In this document: in pieces, positions 25,640 to 38,112 of the stretch
How positions within the stretch are numbered: position 1 is the stretch's first letter
How the letters are laid out: every line of letters starts with the position of its first letter
Assembly (NCBI GenBank): GCA_030770535.1
Contig: JASVEC010000017.1
Location: 62,001 to 126,000, forward strand
Reading direction: 5' to 3'
DNA from: Batkoa obscura
Lineage: Eukaryota
Length of the DNA stretch: 64,000 bases
Notes under the pieces: model-generated
Told to the model about the DNA's origin: nothing
Databases searched by the model: none
The model's input: only the letters and a program-made list of their open reading frames with translations
Made by a program: the position numbers and the translations under genes

Positions 25640-26183
25640 ATTCAAAGTTTTATATCCCTTTTCATCTTAGCTTTATGACTTAGTTGATAGTCAATAAATA
25701 AAAAATTTAGTCTATGTTTTTAAGATAAATTGATAAATGTTGCTTTTTTTATTATAATTTGAGATTTGAGATTTGAGATTTGTAATTTGTAATTTGAATT
25801 TATGAATTTATTTTGTTTTTTTAAGGGATAAAATGTTATTGAAGAATGGTTAAATTAGTTTATTACTTATATATTATTTTTGAAGGTTACAGTAATCATA
25901 AACGGTTCATTTATGGATGGAATCCGAGTGTGTTATAAGAGATATACTAAAAAAGAATTATTAATCATTTTTTATTAACTTTTAATATTAAATATCTAAC
26001 TAGTTGAGCATGGCAATAATTATTAAGTTATTGATTTTTTACAACTATTTCTTCCAAAATAAATTTTACCTCATTGAGCCAATCAAACTCATCAAAAAAA
26101 CACTTGTTTTATGCAATTAAAAGATAATAACCTTCCAAAAATTATGGGAATCCATAATTCATTTCTTTCCAATATTTTCAAGA

Positions 26184-29100
26184 ATGCAGGAGTATAATTT
26201 TAATAAACTAACCAATAAAGCTTATTTTAAGCAACGAGGTTATAATGAACCTGAACCGTTTATACGCCCTGAACCCATAACAAAAATTCAAGAAGAACGT
26301 TATAAATCCACTGCAAGATCCCAATTGGTTCATAATCTCAATCTATTATCTCCAGAAAATAATGATTTGGGCAATTTGTTACTTACTCTACCAGAAAAGT
26401 TTAGTTATGCCATAAAGAATTCAACTTTTGTGGATGGACCTACCAATTTTCCAATAGCATTAAAAGAAAAGATAGAAGAATCTAAAGAAGATATCAAAGC
26501 TGGATTTTTAGGATATTTAAACTTTGCTTATTTTATAATTGATGGAACTTTATATCTTTGGAATTATCAAGAAGATGTTATAAAAGTGGAGTTACAAAAA
26601 AGTGATTGTTTAAGTGTACATTTAGCTAAAGCAAAAAAAGAGTGTTTTGATGACAATGTAGAATGGACATTGATAATTTGTTGTAAAAGTACATTATCGG
26701 TGGTAGGAATATATTTTGATATTGAAAAAAACTTGCAATTTGCTTATTCCCCATATACTTTAGAATATTCCTTTTCTAAAGATGTTATAATGGTTTCAAC
26801 TATTGATGGTAGAGTGTTTTTCACTAATAATGATGAAATTTATGAAGTATTTTATCAGCTTAGAGAAACTTTATTTTCTCGTCGACTTGAAGTTAAAAAG
26901 TTAACTTCACCCAATTTAATGTCTTCTCTTTTTGGTTCAACTAGTGGATATAGTAAAATCATATTAGATGAAGATAGAAAGTTATTATATGCATTTAAAT
27001 CCATTGAGGAAATTGTTATGATTAGTTTAGGTGAAAAAGGAAATCAATTTATAATTCAAAAAAGTTTTAAATTTGATATAACTAATATTGATCCTTTATA
27101 TAGTCCCAAAATTATGGAAGCTCTTGCTTCAGGTATTGTTGAATTACATCCTGTTCCTTTAGCTCAATCAAATATTGTTAGATTTGTTATTTTAACGCAT
27201 AACGGGGCAAGCATATTTTATAGAGAAAATAAAAATTCAACAAATAATAGGACACTTCCATTAGAATATCATGCTTTTCTTAGTCCTGCAGCTACAATCA
27301 ATATCGATTTATCTCCCGTTACATTTTATAACAATGGATTGACATTATCATCTTATAAAAAGGAAGAAAAAACACTGATCAGTTCACGTTATTTAGAAAG
27401 CACACCTGGATTAAATGAGGATAAGGTTAATGATTTGGTTTATAATTATTATGTTAAAGGAGATGTACTGGATATGATTGAATTACCACCTGTTCCAACG
27501 GATCTTATATCAACAAAAAATAATGGAATTTCATTAGTAACACCAGATGATACAGTAGGACAATATTATCGACCATTTCGTACTTTTATGATATTAACAA
27601 CTGAAGGTTTATATTGTATACAAAAATTTCGACCAATCGATTGTTTAGAAGAAGCCATTACAAAGAGTCCCAATGATCGAGTAGAAAATTTTAAATTTAA
27701 TTCAATATTAGAGTATTATGGAAAAGCAGAGGTTATTTGTATGTTATTGTTTTTATTATCTCATCATCCAGTGAGTAGAATGGGTAAATCAGGGTATACT
27801 GGAATGTATGGCGTGGTAAATAGACCAACAAGACAAATTAAATTAATGAAGCAATGCTATAAATATATTGAAAAAATCAAAGATAAAGTTGCTTTACAAG
27901 GTATTGAAGTTAATTCACTTAAAAAATATTGGGCTCCCGGAAGTACAATTTGGATTAAAAATAGTGCTGGTTATATTGGGTTTTTAAAATTAGTTACAAG
28001 ATTATTACAGCCCATTTGGAAAACTCATTTTATTAAATCATTAGTTATTGATAATAATAACACATTTGAATTTGGTGCATCAAAAGATATTTTAGATGTC
28101 ATTAATCCTAATTTAACAGCTGTTATTAATTTAATTCATAATATATCTCATTATAATGAGTATAAACGATTAGGTACTGAAGAAAACGATACATTAACAG
28201 GACCAACTTCTGTGGTAAATAATAATAATAATAATAATAATAATAATTTAGAATCGGAATGGGAAGAAATTGAATTATTTAGACAATTAAGACAACAAGT
28301 AGATCGTGCTAGAGAATTAATTAACTTTCAACAAATCTTACTTGAGCTTAATGATGCTGGAATATTCAATTCACTTGGGCAAGATACAATTAATAAAATA
28401 AGTTCACTTACTTTTGAAGACTTAACAGATATAAATAAATGGCACATATTGTTCAATCAAATAATAGCCGTAGTAGTTAAAGAAAAGGGAACTTCATCAA
28501 CAGAAAATGTATCTGTATTAAGTCCATTTAAACATTTCTGTCCTAATATATTATCAGAAGATGGTTATCATTATTTCAAAGGACTTGAAAATATATTAAT
28601 TGCTAGTGTTCAATCCTCTTTTCATCTATCTACTTTATTTATTCGATTAGCACAAGATTCCTTTGATGAAATGAAAACTGTTTTATCAACAGATAAACTT
28701 TTAGGTATTATTCAAGATTATTGTGAATTAGGTTTTTGTAATGGGGCTTTAATGGCCATTGCAAATACAATTACAAAGATTAATAATCAAAAATTAGAAT
28801 TAAATTTTGAAGCTAAAAAAATAGAAATCCAGGATTATTATCAATTAGTTATTATACCATTAACTCATATTTATCCAATAATGAAAGCCAATTTTAATGC
28901 ATTTGAATTTACTAAAGATTATAGAAATATAAAAGCAAGTTTAATGAAGATTTTTAATTCATGTTTAGATAAAAACTTTCATTATGTTATTTATGAATGG
29001 TTTATGGAATCTGGTCATATTAAAATGTTAATTGAATTTCAAACACCTTATTTAGAACAATTTTTAAAAGAAAAACATAGTTCTATTGATAATGAATTTT

Positions 29101-30391
29101 TACAAAGGTATTTATCCCATCACAAACGTTATTTAGAAGCTACCGAACTTTATTTTAAACAAGCTATTATTGAGAGGTAAAATAATACATTATAACATAT
29201 GTAATGATTTTTTTATTAAACTAACTTTAATCAATTAGTTCTGAAATGTCATTACAAAAAAGAATTGAATTCTTACAAAAAGCAGATTATCAATCGGATG
29301 ACTTTAGAATCAAAGATAAGAGTTATAATAGAGATAATATTCGTAAAGATATCAAGTATATGCTCCGAATTGCTAGATTACAAGATTTGATGGTAAAGGA
29401 ATTGAACTCAGCTTCTCATCTTGCTAAAGATTTAGCTGAAGAAGCTATTAAAGGCTTAAATTTTAAATTATATGAACCTGCTGAGGTATTTTTTTATTTT
29501 TTATTTATTTAAACATTTATTAAATCAATTTTTTAGCTTTATGATGAATTCATTGAGTCTCTTGAATTACCTATGTCCGAAATCGCAATTACAATTTTAT
29601 TTTTTAATCAATCAAAGAGTAGAAAGGAACTTATTATACTTATTGAAGAATGGTATAAATTATGTAAGAAATAGTTCAAATTTTAAACTATTATCATTAA
29701 TATTTTAATAGTAAAGAAAAATACGGTTAAAGTAAATTTCCCAAAGACATTGAGAGAAAGTTTAAATTCGATTGTAAAAGCAGTTACCAAATGCCATGAA
29801 ACATCGTATATAAGTAAGTTAAATTTGAAATGAAATGAAATTTAATTAATAACTTTTTAGAATATTGGCATGTGCCTTTATTCCGAGTATTTGCAGAAAA
29901 TACCAACACAATCTCACTTGAATGGGTTACAGATTCATTATGCGAATTAGGCTATACTTCATTTGAAATTTTAGAGTTTTTAACGACTGCTTTGAATAAT
30001 AATGTACTATATTTAATTTATAACAGACATAATTTAATAATATTTTTAAAATAGGAATATCCATTCAGTTCACCCAAATTTTGTCATGAAGTACTGAATT
30101 TAATATTTGCTTTGATTGAAGATCAAAGTGATACTATGCTTAAAAATAAGTAAGTAAATTTATTTTTTTACTTTATTTTATCTTATCCACTTTTTTAGAC
30201 ATCAAGATATTGCCCATGCATTATCAACAATCCCTCACACTGTCCCAGCGCTCGCAGATAAAATCAAAGCATATGAAGTACCTAAACAACGCTTTGATTT
30301 TGATTATAAATTTAGAAAACATAGGTATGATATATTGAACTCATACACTGATGAAAGAGGTACCAAAAGTAGGAAAATTGGAGATAATTAA
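26184..30391 (+). CDS. Nup155/Nup170-like nucleoporin, paralog B (~1299 aa)
   Basis: Exons 26184-29176, 29239-29485, 29537-29663, 29712-29813, 29861-30003, 30055-30149, 30199-30391. Motifs AYFIIDGTLYLWNY, STIDGRVFF, KFRPIDCL, RLLQPIWK, FCPNILSEDGYHYFKG, FHYVIYEWF, TPYLEQFL, SLQKRIEFLQKA. Confidence 0.85.
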
Positions 30392-30912
30392 GAAAAGGAT
30401 TAAAAAAGTTAAGATTCAATTGTATTCGTAGTAGTTTCAAACCTAATTCTAGTTGATATATTGAATTAAAAATTCATGTTAAGTTTGTTTTTTGAGTTTT
30501 TTAAAATGTAATTTAAGTAGTATTTTTAGTTATATAGTTTTAAGTGCATTTAAGATGTACTGTTTTTTTCTTGTATCTTTTTTAAATAATTATGTTTTAT
30601 AAGCTTTATTTATTTCACAAAAAGAGCAACCTTTGAGTTAAAATGCTATACTAAAATTAATATTAACTAACAATTTAAAATTTTAGACCTTTTTATATCA
30701 AGCTCTAAGTGTTTTGTTAATTGTTATCTGAGTGAAATTTAGAAATTTAGAAATTGTTGCATGAATATAAAAAAGGTTGACAATTGTTTAAATAGTTTAG
30801 TTGATTTGTTGAAATCAAGTTTTATAATTGGAAATGTTTTTTATCTAAAATTTAATTGCTTTTTTCTTTTTTGGAATTTTAAGCTTCCTTAAAAATGGAC
30901 AAAATATGAAAA

Positions 30913-31012
30913 TGGGGATGTTTTTTTGGCTTCATCGCTTTTTCCATCTTTTAAGTGCTATTTGAGTGTAAAAATTGTTAGTAAAATTCTTAAACACAAA
31001 AATGCATTCCCA
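30913..31012 (-). mobile_element. MITE-like family A, copy 4
   Basis: tggggatgtttttttggcttc...gttagtaaaattcttaaac...gcattccca. Confidence 0.8.
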
Positions 31013-31342
31013 TTATTATAATTTGTTTCTGTTAATAAAAAAACTTTTAAAAATTTAATACAATTTAAATAAGAAACTTTATTATTATGATTAATATCAA
31101 AGTAGAAAAAATTGCTTTTTTATTTAATAAAAGGTTTTTATAATTAAGTAAATTAATAAAATTTAAATAATTATATTATAATTTTCATTAGTGTATTAAA
31201 TTTAAAAGAATTAATTTTATAAAATTTTAATCTGATTGAAACAACTTCAAATTTAAAAAAAAGTTTAATTAAATTAACACTATATTTAAAAAATTGCAAA
31301 AATAGTTAATTTAAAAATACCTGATTAATATTTAATATATAT

Positions 31343-31440
31343 ATGTGCTTTTTTCAATTTCATCACTTTTTTTATTTTTAAGTGCTATTTTAGCAAAAAA
31401 AATCATTAGTAAAATTCTTAAATAAAAAAATACATTCACA
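31343..31440 (-). mobile_element. MITE-like family A, copy 5 (degenerate)
   Basis: ttcatcactttt...taagtgctatttt...ttagtaaaattcttaaa...tacattcaca. Confidence 0.7.
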
Positions 31441-32644
31441 TATTAATAATCATATTACAAGTTTATTATTAAAATGTTTTTTATTACTTTTATTAAAAAA
31501 GACTTATTTAAAGAATATGTCAAATACAATGAGCTTAAAAGTTTGTGATTTTATTTTAAGATTTCATTTTTAAAGTTTTTTATATACACTATGTCCTAAT
31601 CTATATATTTTTGACATTAAGAATTATAAATTTGATATTAATAAACCAAATTTAGACCATAAAATAATAAATAAACTCAATTTAACTGATGTGATATTTA
31701 AATATAATAAATTTTACAAATTAAGTACTGTTTGTGAAATATTGCTTTATTTAGCTCTCGGATTGATTATAACGCAACAATCACTTAAGTTGCTGTGTTC
31801 TCAAGTTCAAATACAATCAAGTCAGAGTCCCTTATTTTGATTTGCTGCGAGAATTTATAACTTCATATTGCAAGGAATAACATCCTCTCGTATTAATATC
31901 CATATTTATTGGAGTATAAAAGAGATTCTTCAATATGATAACTCCAGGCTTTTTTAATTGGATTACTCCCTGATAACGTATCATTAATAAAGTCACTAAG
32001 TCTTTCTGACAACATCTGATATAGATTTTATAGTAGTATCTTCCATTGTATTTGTTTTACATAATTTGTAGCTTACTACATACTATTTCTATTAAGTTAA
32101 GTCTACCTTAGTTACATAAACTAAGACCCTTCGACTCAAGGCAAGTTAATTAAGCAAGAGTAGCTTTTAACTTCGGCCACTAAGTATCAACTTTCACATG
32201 TTGATTGTTTTTTATTATGTTCTAGAAACAAAAAATTATTCAAGCTTATCAAATGCAAAAGCTTTTAAACAAAGTATATAAATGGTCCCATGTTTTGTTT
32301 CAAACAGTTTTATTGATCGTTTTATAGTTTTTATTTTTAAACAAAAGTAGCAATATAAAATTTAAATTATTAAAATAGTTTGTTTATTTATTTATTAACA
32401 TGTTGACATAAATTTAATGCTTTTTTATAGGTTTTTTAATAAAATTATTACACTATGCTTGAAAATTTAAAGGTAAATAATATGCTTTGAATCTTTTTTA
32501 AAGCTATACTAAATAACAAATTGATTATAATTTGCTAAAATTAAACTAAAATTAAATTAAAATTTACTATAAATAACATGAAACAAACTTAATTTACTAA
32601 AAACGAACAATTTAATATTCAAAAAACAGCTTTATTTTTAAAAT

Positions 32645-34708
32645 TTAATTATCAATTGGAACTGGAAAAGGAGTTGTATAATTAATCCATTTAGCAGACC
32701 AATTTAAACATTCATTCATCCATTTAAGTGAATTGGCATTTCTAAGTACATGATGTGATTCATTAGGGAAATATAAAAATTTAGCTGGTATTTTTCTTCT
32801 TAATAAGGCATTATAAGTCGCTATCCCTTCACTTTCTGGTACTTGATAATCTTTACCACCATGAATAATTAACATTGGTGTTTTCCATTTTTGAATATAA
32901 CTTGAAGGAGAATCCCTTAGTGCTATAGATTTTACTTTAGTATCCCATATATCTCCCCCCAATTCTGCAGTCATAAAATGTTGTACATCAATAGTATGAT
33001 ATAAATGAGTTAAGTCAAATATACCAGCATGGGAAACAATAGCTTTAAATAAATTTGTTCGACCATTTAAAATATTCATCATATAACCGCCATAACTACC
33101 GCCCCATGCAATGACTTTGGTTGCATCTAAATATTTATATTCTTTTAATACATAGTCTAACCCTTTTAATGTATCTTCCACAGGTAATGTACCCCAATTG
33201 CTAATAACTGAATTTATAAATTTATGACCCCAACCGTAAGAGCCATGGAAATTAATACTAATTAAAACATAACCGGCATTGGCAGGTATTTGATAATTCC
33301 ATCGATTGGACCAATTATCATTAAATGGGTTTTCAGGGCCACCATGAGACCAATACATTACTGGGTATTTTTTATTAGAATCAAAATTAGGTGGTTTGAT
33401 TATAAAACCCTGCACTGTTTGATTCAAAGCACCAGTGAAATAAAAAGGTTCATATGAATTCAATTGAAATTGTTGCAAATATTCGATATTAATATTTGAT
33501 AATAATTTTAAATCATTACCATCTTTTTTAACTGAATATAATTCTTGTGGATGTTTTGAAGAATGTCTTACTACTATTAATTCATCTTTTAATTCTTTTA
33601 ATAAAGAGGTACCTCCAGTTTTGACTATTGCTTTATATTCTTCTGTTTTTATATTTAATTCAAATAATTTATCGTAACCATTATCAGGTATTGTTAAATA
33701 TAAACAATTTCCATCATTTGAAAATGTAATAACTTCAAAATGAGCATCCCAATTTTTAGCTATTATTTGAGTCTTCTTTGTTTCTAAATTGTAATACATT
33801 ATCTTTGTTTTATCTGCTGTATTAATATCACTATCCATTTGAACCCAAGCTAAATAGTTTCCATTAGGTGAAAATTTGGGACTTGTAATTAAACCTTTAT
33901 CTTTTTCAGATATTAATATAGGTTCCGATTTTCCATCAGTAGCTACTAAATATAATTCAACAGTGGATTTAATAGCTTGATATTTAGTGTTTGGACGAGT
34001 TAAAAAAGCAACCCATTTCCCATTTGGAGATAAAGTGTAAGCATGATCTTCATAATAAGGTCTTAATGGAGATTCCAAATTTGGAACATTTTTTAATAAA
34101 TCAATATTCTCACTGACTGTTTTATCCTTAAAAAAATCACTAACAAATACATGTTGATTAATATAATCATACCATTGATCCCAATTTCGAACATAACTTT
34201 GTTCAAAAGTAACTCCACTACTAAAACTTTTTTGCATCTTTTTAACAGCTACTCCAGAGCTAAAAATTAATTTGTTATGCTCCAAATTGATCTTAACTCC
34301 GTTTATATCCCCCACTGTAAAATTGCTATGTTGAAATAAAGAACTTTTTCCCACTTTTAAATCTAAAGACCAAATATTAGGACTACCGGATCTTTCGGAT
34401 ACAAATGCAATTCGATTTTCATCAATAAATGAAATAGGGACAAAATCATTAGTTGTTGATTCGGTAATATCTTTAGTTACATTAAGAGTGGTATCCAATA
34501 ACTTATATAATGTAGTTTTACGATCCGTTTCCTTATTGTAGGTAGTGGAAGAGTAAATAAATTGAGATCCATTATCAGAGGAGGTGAAATAGTATGGACG
34601 AGCCATGGTCACTAGATCGGAAGGTGTAAAGGTTACACTTTGGCTTAAGACGGCCAACGGTGTAATGCATACAGTTATTAATGATATAATAAATGGTTTA
34701 TGAACCAT
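32645..34708 (-). CDS. DPP5: Secreted dipeptidyl-peptidase V (S9C prolyl oligopeptidase family)
   Basis: Signal peptide; FTPSDLVTMAR; YVRNWDQW; HGGPE, SNRWN, GSYGWG; nucleophile GGSYGG; GGKDYQV; FPNESHH. Confidence 0.92.
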   Translation of the reverse strand: MVHKPFIISLITVCITPLAVLSQSVTFTPSDLVTMARPYYFTSSDNGSQFIYSSTTYNKETDRKTTLYKLLDTTLNVTKDITESTTNDFVPISFIDENRIAFVSERSGSPNIWSLDLKVGKSSLFQHSNFTVGDINGVKINLEHNKLIFSSGVAVKKMQKSFSSGVTFEQSYVRNWDQWYDYINQHVFVSDFFKDKTVSENIDLLKNVPNLESPLRPYYEDHAYTLSPNGKWVAFLTRPNTKYQAIKSTVELYLVATDGKSEPILISEKDKGLITSPKFSPNGNYLAWVQMDSDINTADKTKIMYYNLETKKTQIIAKNWDAHFEVITFSNDGNCLYLTIPDNGYDKLFELNIKTEEYKAIVKTGGTSLLKELKDELIVVRHSSKHPQELYSVKKDGNDLKLLSNINIEYLQQFQLNSYEPFYFTGALNQTVQGFIIKPPNFDSNKKYPVMYWSHGGPENPFNDNWSNRWNYQIPANAGYVLISINFHGSYGWGHKFINSVISNWGTLPVEDTLKGLDYVLKEYKYLDATKVIAWGGSYGGYMMNILNGRTNLFKAIVSHAGIFDLTHLYHTIDVQHFMTAELGGDIWDTKVKSIALRDSPSSYIQKWKTPMLIIHGGKDYQVPESEGIATYNALLRRKIPAKFLYFPNESHHVLRNANSLKWMNECLNWSAKWINYTTPFPVPIDN

Positions 34709-36115
34709 TTTTATAAAGTGCTAAATAATTTTTTTAAATATCGAATTTAATAAAATACTCCATATTTTATTAAGTATTTATACTTTTATTATAAACACTT
34801 AATAACATCTATGTTAATAAAGATTAGTAATTAAAAATAGTCATTGTTTATGTATTAATTGTATATATCAACCTTATTTTTTTATTAAATTGATTTTAAT
34901 TATCATTGAAAGTTGGGATATTCTAAATGGTTGAAATTATTATTTTTCTATCTAATTAAATTCATGATCATGTTATAATTGATTAATATTTTAAAAAAAT
35001 ATCGCTTTAACAAGTGTTTATGGTAAAAGTTATTAAAAAATATCAAGCTTTAAAACAGATTATTTTTTATAAGTGTAACACTATATTTTATTTTAAATTG
35101 ATATAATGCTTATATCTACTATCAAATGCTTGCATTCGATATACTACAACTATCCTTTCTATTTTTAATAACTACATCCGATAACTTCTTGATCTAATTG
35201 TTTTAAAGAATAAGGACAAGAATTTTATTAAATGTCATAATGTTTGTTTGAATTCAATTATTTAAAGCATAATAATAATATCTTAATTAAACATCACATC
35301 ACTCATTTTAATTTTTTTATAGAGATTTAACTAAATATAGAAATTACTAAAAACAATTGAATTATTGAAATTCAAATTCAAAGATGAATGAAATAATAGA
35401 ATAGTTAATATGTTATAGAAACAAAATAATTGAAATTTACTTTTATTAGTAGATACTGTAATAGTTAACTGCTATTCTATTTACTATTATTTAACCTTAT
35501 TTTAAATTCATTTTATAATTTTTTTAGATATTATTACAAATAAGTCAAAATAAAAGTCGAAATTTCAATAGTTTTACTATATTATATTAATTTAGAAAAA
35601 GTAATTGATATTGAAATAATAGATAGAAAACTCATTTATTATAATCAAAATAAAAGAATCTTTACTTTTTTTATTTTAATTTACACAATGCTCTACTAAA
35701 TAATTCAATTTTTTAAACCATTGGAATTCTCCAAAATGGAAGAAGTAAAAGCCGATTTATCCAAAAGTTCAAAATTTAATTCAAACTTTTAAACCTTAAT
35801 TTTTACCATTTATAGTATTTTTTTTTTGAAAAGTGCGTAAATGGAAATAAAAATGAGCTATTAAATTCTATCTAATATTATAATAACTGATAACATAATA
35901 AAGCTAATGAAAAAATAAAATAATTTATTTTTTTAGAAATACTATTAAACTATTATAATTAACATCAAATTAACTATAAAATCTATTAAATAAATAAATA
36001 AATAAATAAATAAAAAACAACCATAAGGTAAAAAAAACAATCAAAAAATTCGATTATTCAATTTTAAAAAAATATTTTATTTAAATAATAATAAAAGAAT
36101 TCCCTACATTTCCAA

Positions 36116-36581
36116 TCATTCTAATGTAGATGATTCCTTATTAAAAGTAAAATTATTCGCTGGTGATCTAGCTTGATAACTATTATTATCACTACGATTC
36201 CTCTTCCATTCGTTCATGAACTCCTCTTTATTTTCTAAATTCAATATTCTTTTACGTTGTTTACAATTTTCTGAGTTTTCTCTTTTCATTTCCTCTCTTA
36301 CTATTTCTCCATATTTTTCTTCTAATAAATTGATTGGTGTTAAATGTTCATTATATCTTTTACCATAATTTATTAATTGTTGTCGATAAGTAGAAAGTTC
36401 TTGTTGTTTTTTATTGTCTTCTAAAGTGGTTGAAAATAATTTTGCTTTTCTTGCATATAATGGTAAATGTTGAATTAATTCTTGTAAATAGTCCTTTTCG
36501 ATGGAATTTTGTGGTTGAATATTATATAAATAAGGTGTAATAAACCCAATTCTATATAAAATTAAAAAATTAATACAATAT

Positions 36582-36614
<33 letters not shown>

Positions 36615-38077
36615 TAAAACTTACTCTTTTTCCAATTCATAACTGTTCTTCATATATTTAATAATTGAATGAATTGCTTTTAATACATTAATATTAAAAA
36701 CGTTATTTTTGGAATTTAGGTTCAATTGAAACTAAAAATAAAAATAAAATAATAGAAATTAATTATAAATTATAATAAAATGATTAATAAATTACCTGAT
36801 TTTTTAACATTGATTTTAATCCTAATAATAAATCATTATTTTTAAAACCAAATTCAATTAAATGTTGAATTATCCACTCAAGATTAACGGAAGTTGTATC
36901 GGAAAATTCAAATAAAAATAATTGAATAATGGGTTCTATAAATAAATTAAAATAATTAACATTAATCATTATAGTAATATAATGTATATAATAAAACTTA
37001 CTTAAATGAATATGATTCAATGGTTTACTTACATATTCAAAGATTGATTTTAATTCTTTCATTACAGTTTCTGCCTCTTCAAAAGCCTTATTTTTATTTA
37101 CTAATAAATAAGAAATAAATAAATTTATTACTAATATTTATAATTTATTAACTTACTTTGATTAAATAAATTTTTCCATAATTTTTCTGCTTCTATTTCA
37201 TTAAAAATATTACCAAATGCTAATTTATAAATAATTTGTAATTTTATATAATCATTGAAATTATCTAATTCATGGGTCATCTAAATTAAAGAATAAAAAT
37301 AATTAAATTTAAAAAAAAAACGATATACAATTAATACTTACCTCATCAATGGAATAATATCTTTGATTTAATCTATCGATTATGTTTTGATATTTTTCAA
37401 TTTGTTCATTTTCTTTCTTATTAATTTCTCCTTGTAATATACGTTGAAAATTAATCATTTTAACTCCATGATTAATCTTATGTAACCATTCATGTTTGAA
37501 GCTTTCTTCTTGGTTTTTATGAATTTTATGAGCAGAATCATCTGCTTTTATTAACAACTTCATTCTTTCATATAAATCTAAACTTTCTCTGGAATAAAAA
37601 TATTAAAAAACGTTCAGGGATTTAATATAAAAAAAACTTACAAATTACTCATCGCTTTTTCGGTATATAATTTAGTTAGCTTTAAATAATCTTGATTATA
37701 CTCATAATAAACTTCTAAAATAGGTTGATCATTAGCAATAACTTTACTTGATGCTAAATATTTCTCCAAATATTCATTTTTAAAATCAAACAATAAATAT
37801 GTCAATCCATTTTGAGTATAATATTCATAAATATAGTAATATAATTGATCATCTTTCAATTCCATAAATACAGTTTCAATAAATCTTAAAACAGTTTGAT
37901 ATTCTGTTAATGTTGAACTTACTTGAGTATACCCTGTTTGTGGTGTATATTGAAATTTGATATTATTATTAATGGATTTTCCTTTTTCTTCTCTTTTTAA
38001 TAAATCTTCTTTTTTTAATAATGGTAATAAATGATTTAATGGCAATTCTAATAGTTTATAATATTCGCTATTTGTTA

Positions 38078-38112
<35 letters not shown>

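Noticed and set aside
31730..32170. Less AT-rich island with a weak LINE-like CLESKGLSLCN motif on the minus strand
   Set aside because: One short motif and many stops; insufficient evidence.
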